From Iphione sp. A-MEVVRFRX5 (taxonomy: Eukaryota): DNA of 64,000 nt. The position numbers were made by a program, and so were the translations under genes. The stretch is from assembly GCA_976226885.1 (NCBI GenBank), contig OZ320321.1:73966001-74030000 (forward strand), in the 5' to 3' direction. The notes under the pieces were generated by a model, which was not told the origin of the DNA, searched no databases, and saw nothing but the letters and a program-made list of their open reading frames with translations. Shown here piece by piece: positions 62,758-64,000 of this stretch (positions are counted from its first letter, which is position 1; the number at the start of each line of letters is the position of its first letter).

Positions 62758-63787
62758 GAGCGCTTCGGCAGGTCTGTAATGAGAAAACAGAATGAGTGCA
62801 GAGGGGGCAAAGCGATGCCCTTATATACTGTGTCTTACATAATCAGCAGTCAGGGTTGATCGCAAACTCTATTCGTTATCCCTACACTAGGCATTGTGAT
62901 CAATGACTCACCCTTCACACAAATTGCCGTCGCAATTGCATTGTGGTCGCCTAAACAAGAATCATGTACATAAACATCTTGCAATAGTACTGACACGTTT
63001 GTAGCTAGTATATCGATAAGATTTTGGGAGCAATGCCTTATGCAATGTCAGTGCAAAAATAAAGAACCTAGTGTAGGGATAACGAATAGGGTTTGAGTCA
63101 GTACTGGTTAAGTTAGTCAGTAGTGGTTTGATTATGCTTGCCATGTGATTTTAAGCAGGGTAAGTCCTTCGATCGGCATGTAGCGGGCGCATACTAGTGC
63201 AAACTAGTTGAGACCCTTGTGGGCTCCTCTTGGATCTGTTCCACCCTTCTGCTGGCCTGACAGTCTCCATATACAGGGGGGAGCTTTATTGCTTGATGAA
63301 TTGCTAGGGTTTTTGAAGGGAAGCTTTCCTTTTTTGACTACTAAAGCTGTAAAGACCTGCAACTTCATTTCGCATGTTTATCTTCATTACATTTCTGACC
63401 ATTTCACTTACTTAAGTGTCTCCCACTTTCATCAGATGGCATACCTGTAACTCAAAGAACACTGATAAGAACAGAACACTACACTCCACGGATGAATGTT
63501 TTAATTTTACAATAATAATAATAGTTTTTGAACGATCACAATTCATAAAACTGCAACACAAGTTTCACAATGGGAATAAATAATCACAATGTGTACATGA
63601 TCATCTGACTGACATTTTTAGTAAGGAACCAAGGATTTTCCAGCTTCGGGCATCCTACTGTATGTATGAATTGTATAACCAAATTGCACGTAGTTACATT
63701 ATGACCATCTCTACTACAGGAAATGGCAGAGTAAAAAGCAAATTTCATTTTGCTTTCATTAGTAACAAAAACCTGAAAATCCTCTTC

Positions 63788-64000
63788 TGATAATAATAAT
63801 AATAATAATAATAGATTTTATTAATTCCAACGATTGTCCTATCGGACGGTTTACATTGTGTGGAATTATAATACAAGACAATGTCCGACAGTTACTTGAC
63901 ATAGTCAGGATGAATATGAATATTTACAGACAGTAGTTGGTATGCATAAAATTGGTTAAGTAAGCTATTGTTATTGAGTTAAAGGTTAGCTCAGTAGAGT
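63788..64000 (-). mobile_element. 3' end of another LINE continuing beyond the right edge
   Basis: AATAAA (63822-63817) followed by (ATT)n at 63812-63788 on the minus strand. Confidence 0.55.

Noticed and set aside
63985-64000. Second SINE head (GTTAGCTCAGTAGAG)
   Set aside because: Only a partial A-box-like match cut off by the window edge.

Overview
Eukaryotic, AT-rich DNA, probably from an invertebrate (the taxon cannot be determined from sequence alone). Almost the whole window is nested, mostly decayed transposable elements, with about 22 of 24 oriented elements on the minus strand. The main result is a family of CR1/L2-type non-LTR retrotransposons with a three-ORF layout: ORF1 (coiled coil + L1-ORF1-like RRM/CTD + C-terminal NADAR/YbiA-like domain), then a separate SGNH-hydrolase-like ORF, then ORF2 (APE endonuclease + reverse transcriptase). 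Three mutually divergent near-complete copies show this layout (A ~1-5190, B ~12432-25315, C ~13684-21080 nested inside B). Two more NADAR relics lie at ~45.1-45.6 kb and ~47.8-48.6 kb, and two more SGNH ORFs sit upstream of ORF2 remnants. The second notable item is a phase-consistent 14-exon pseudogene (44541 to 35910) that splices a MULE-type transposase C-terminus + SWIM finger to a USP/C19-like deubiquitinase domain. Also present: DIRS/Ngaro tyrosine-recombinase retroelement relics, a Tigger/pogo relic, a tRNA-derived SINE, a 171-bp MITE with a 5-bp TSD, one intact L2/CR1 ORF2 (38616-41522, +) and several minisatellites. All family assignments come from reading motifs by eye, without database searches.
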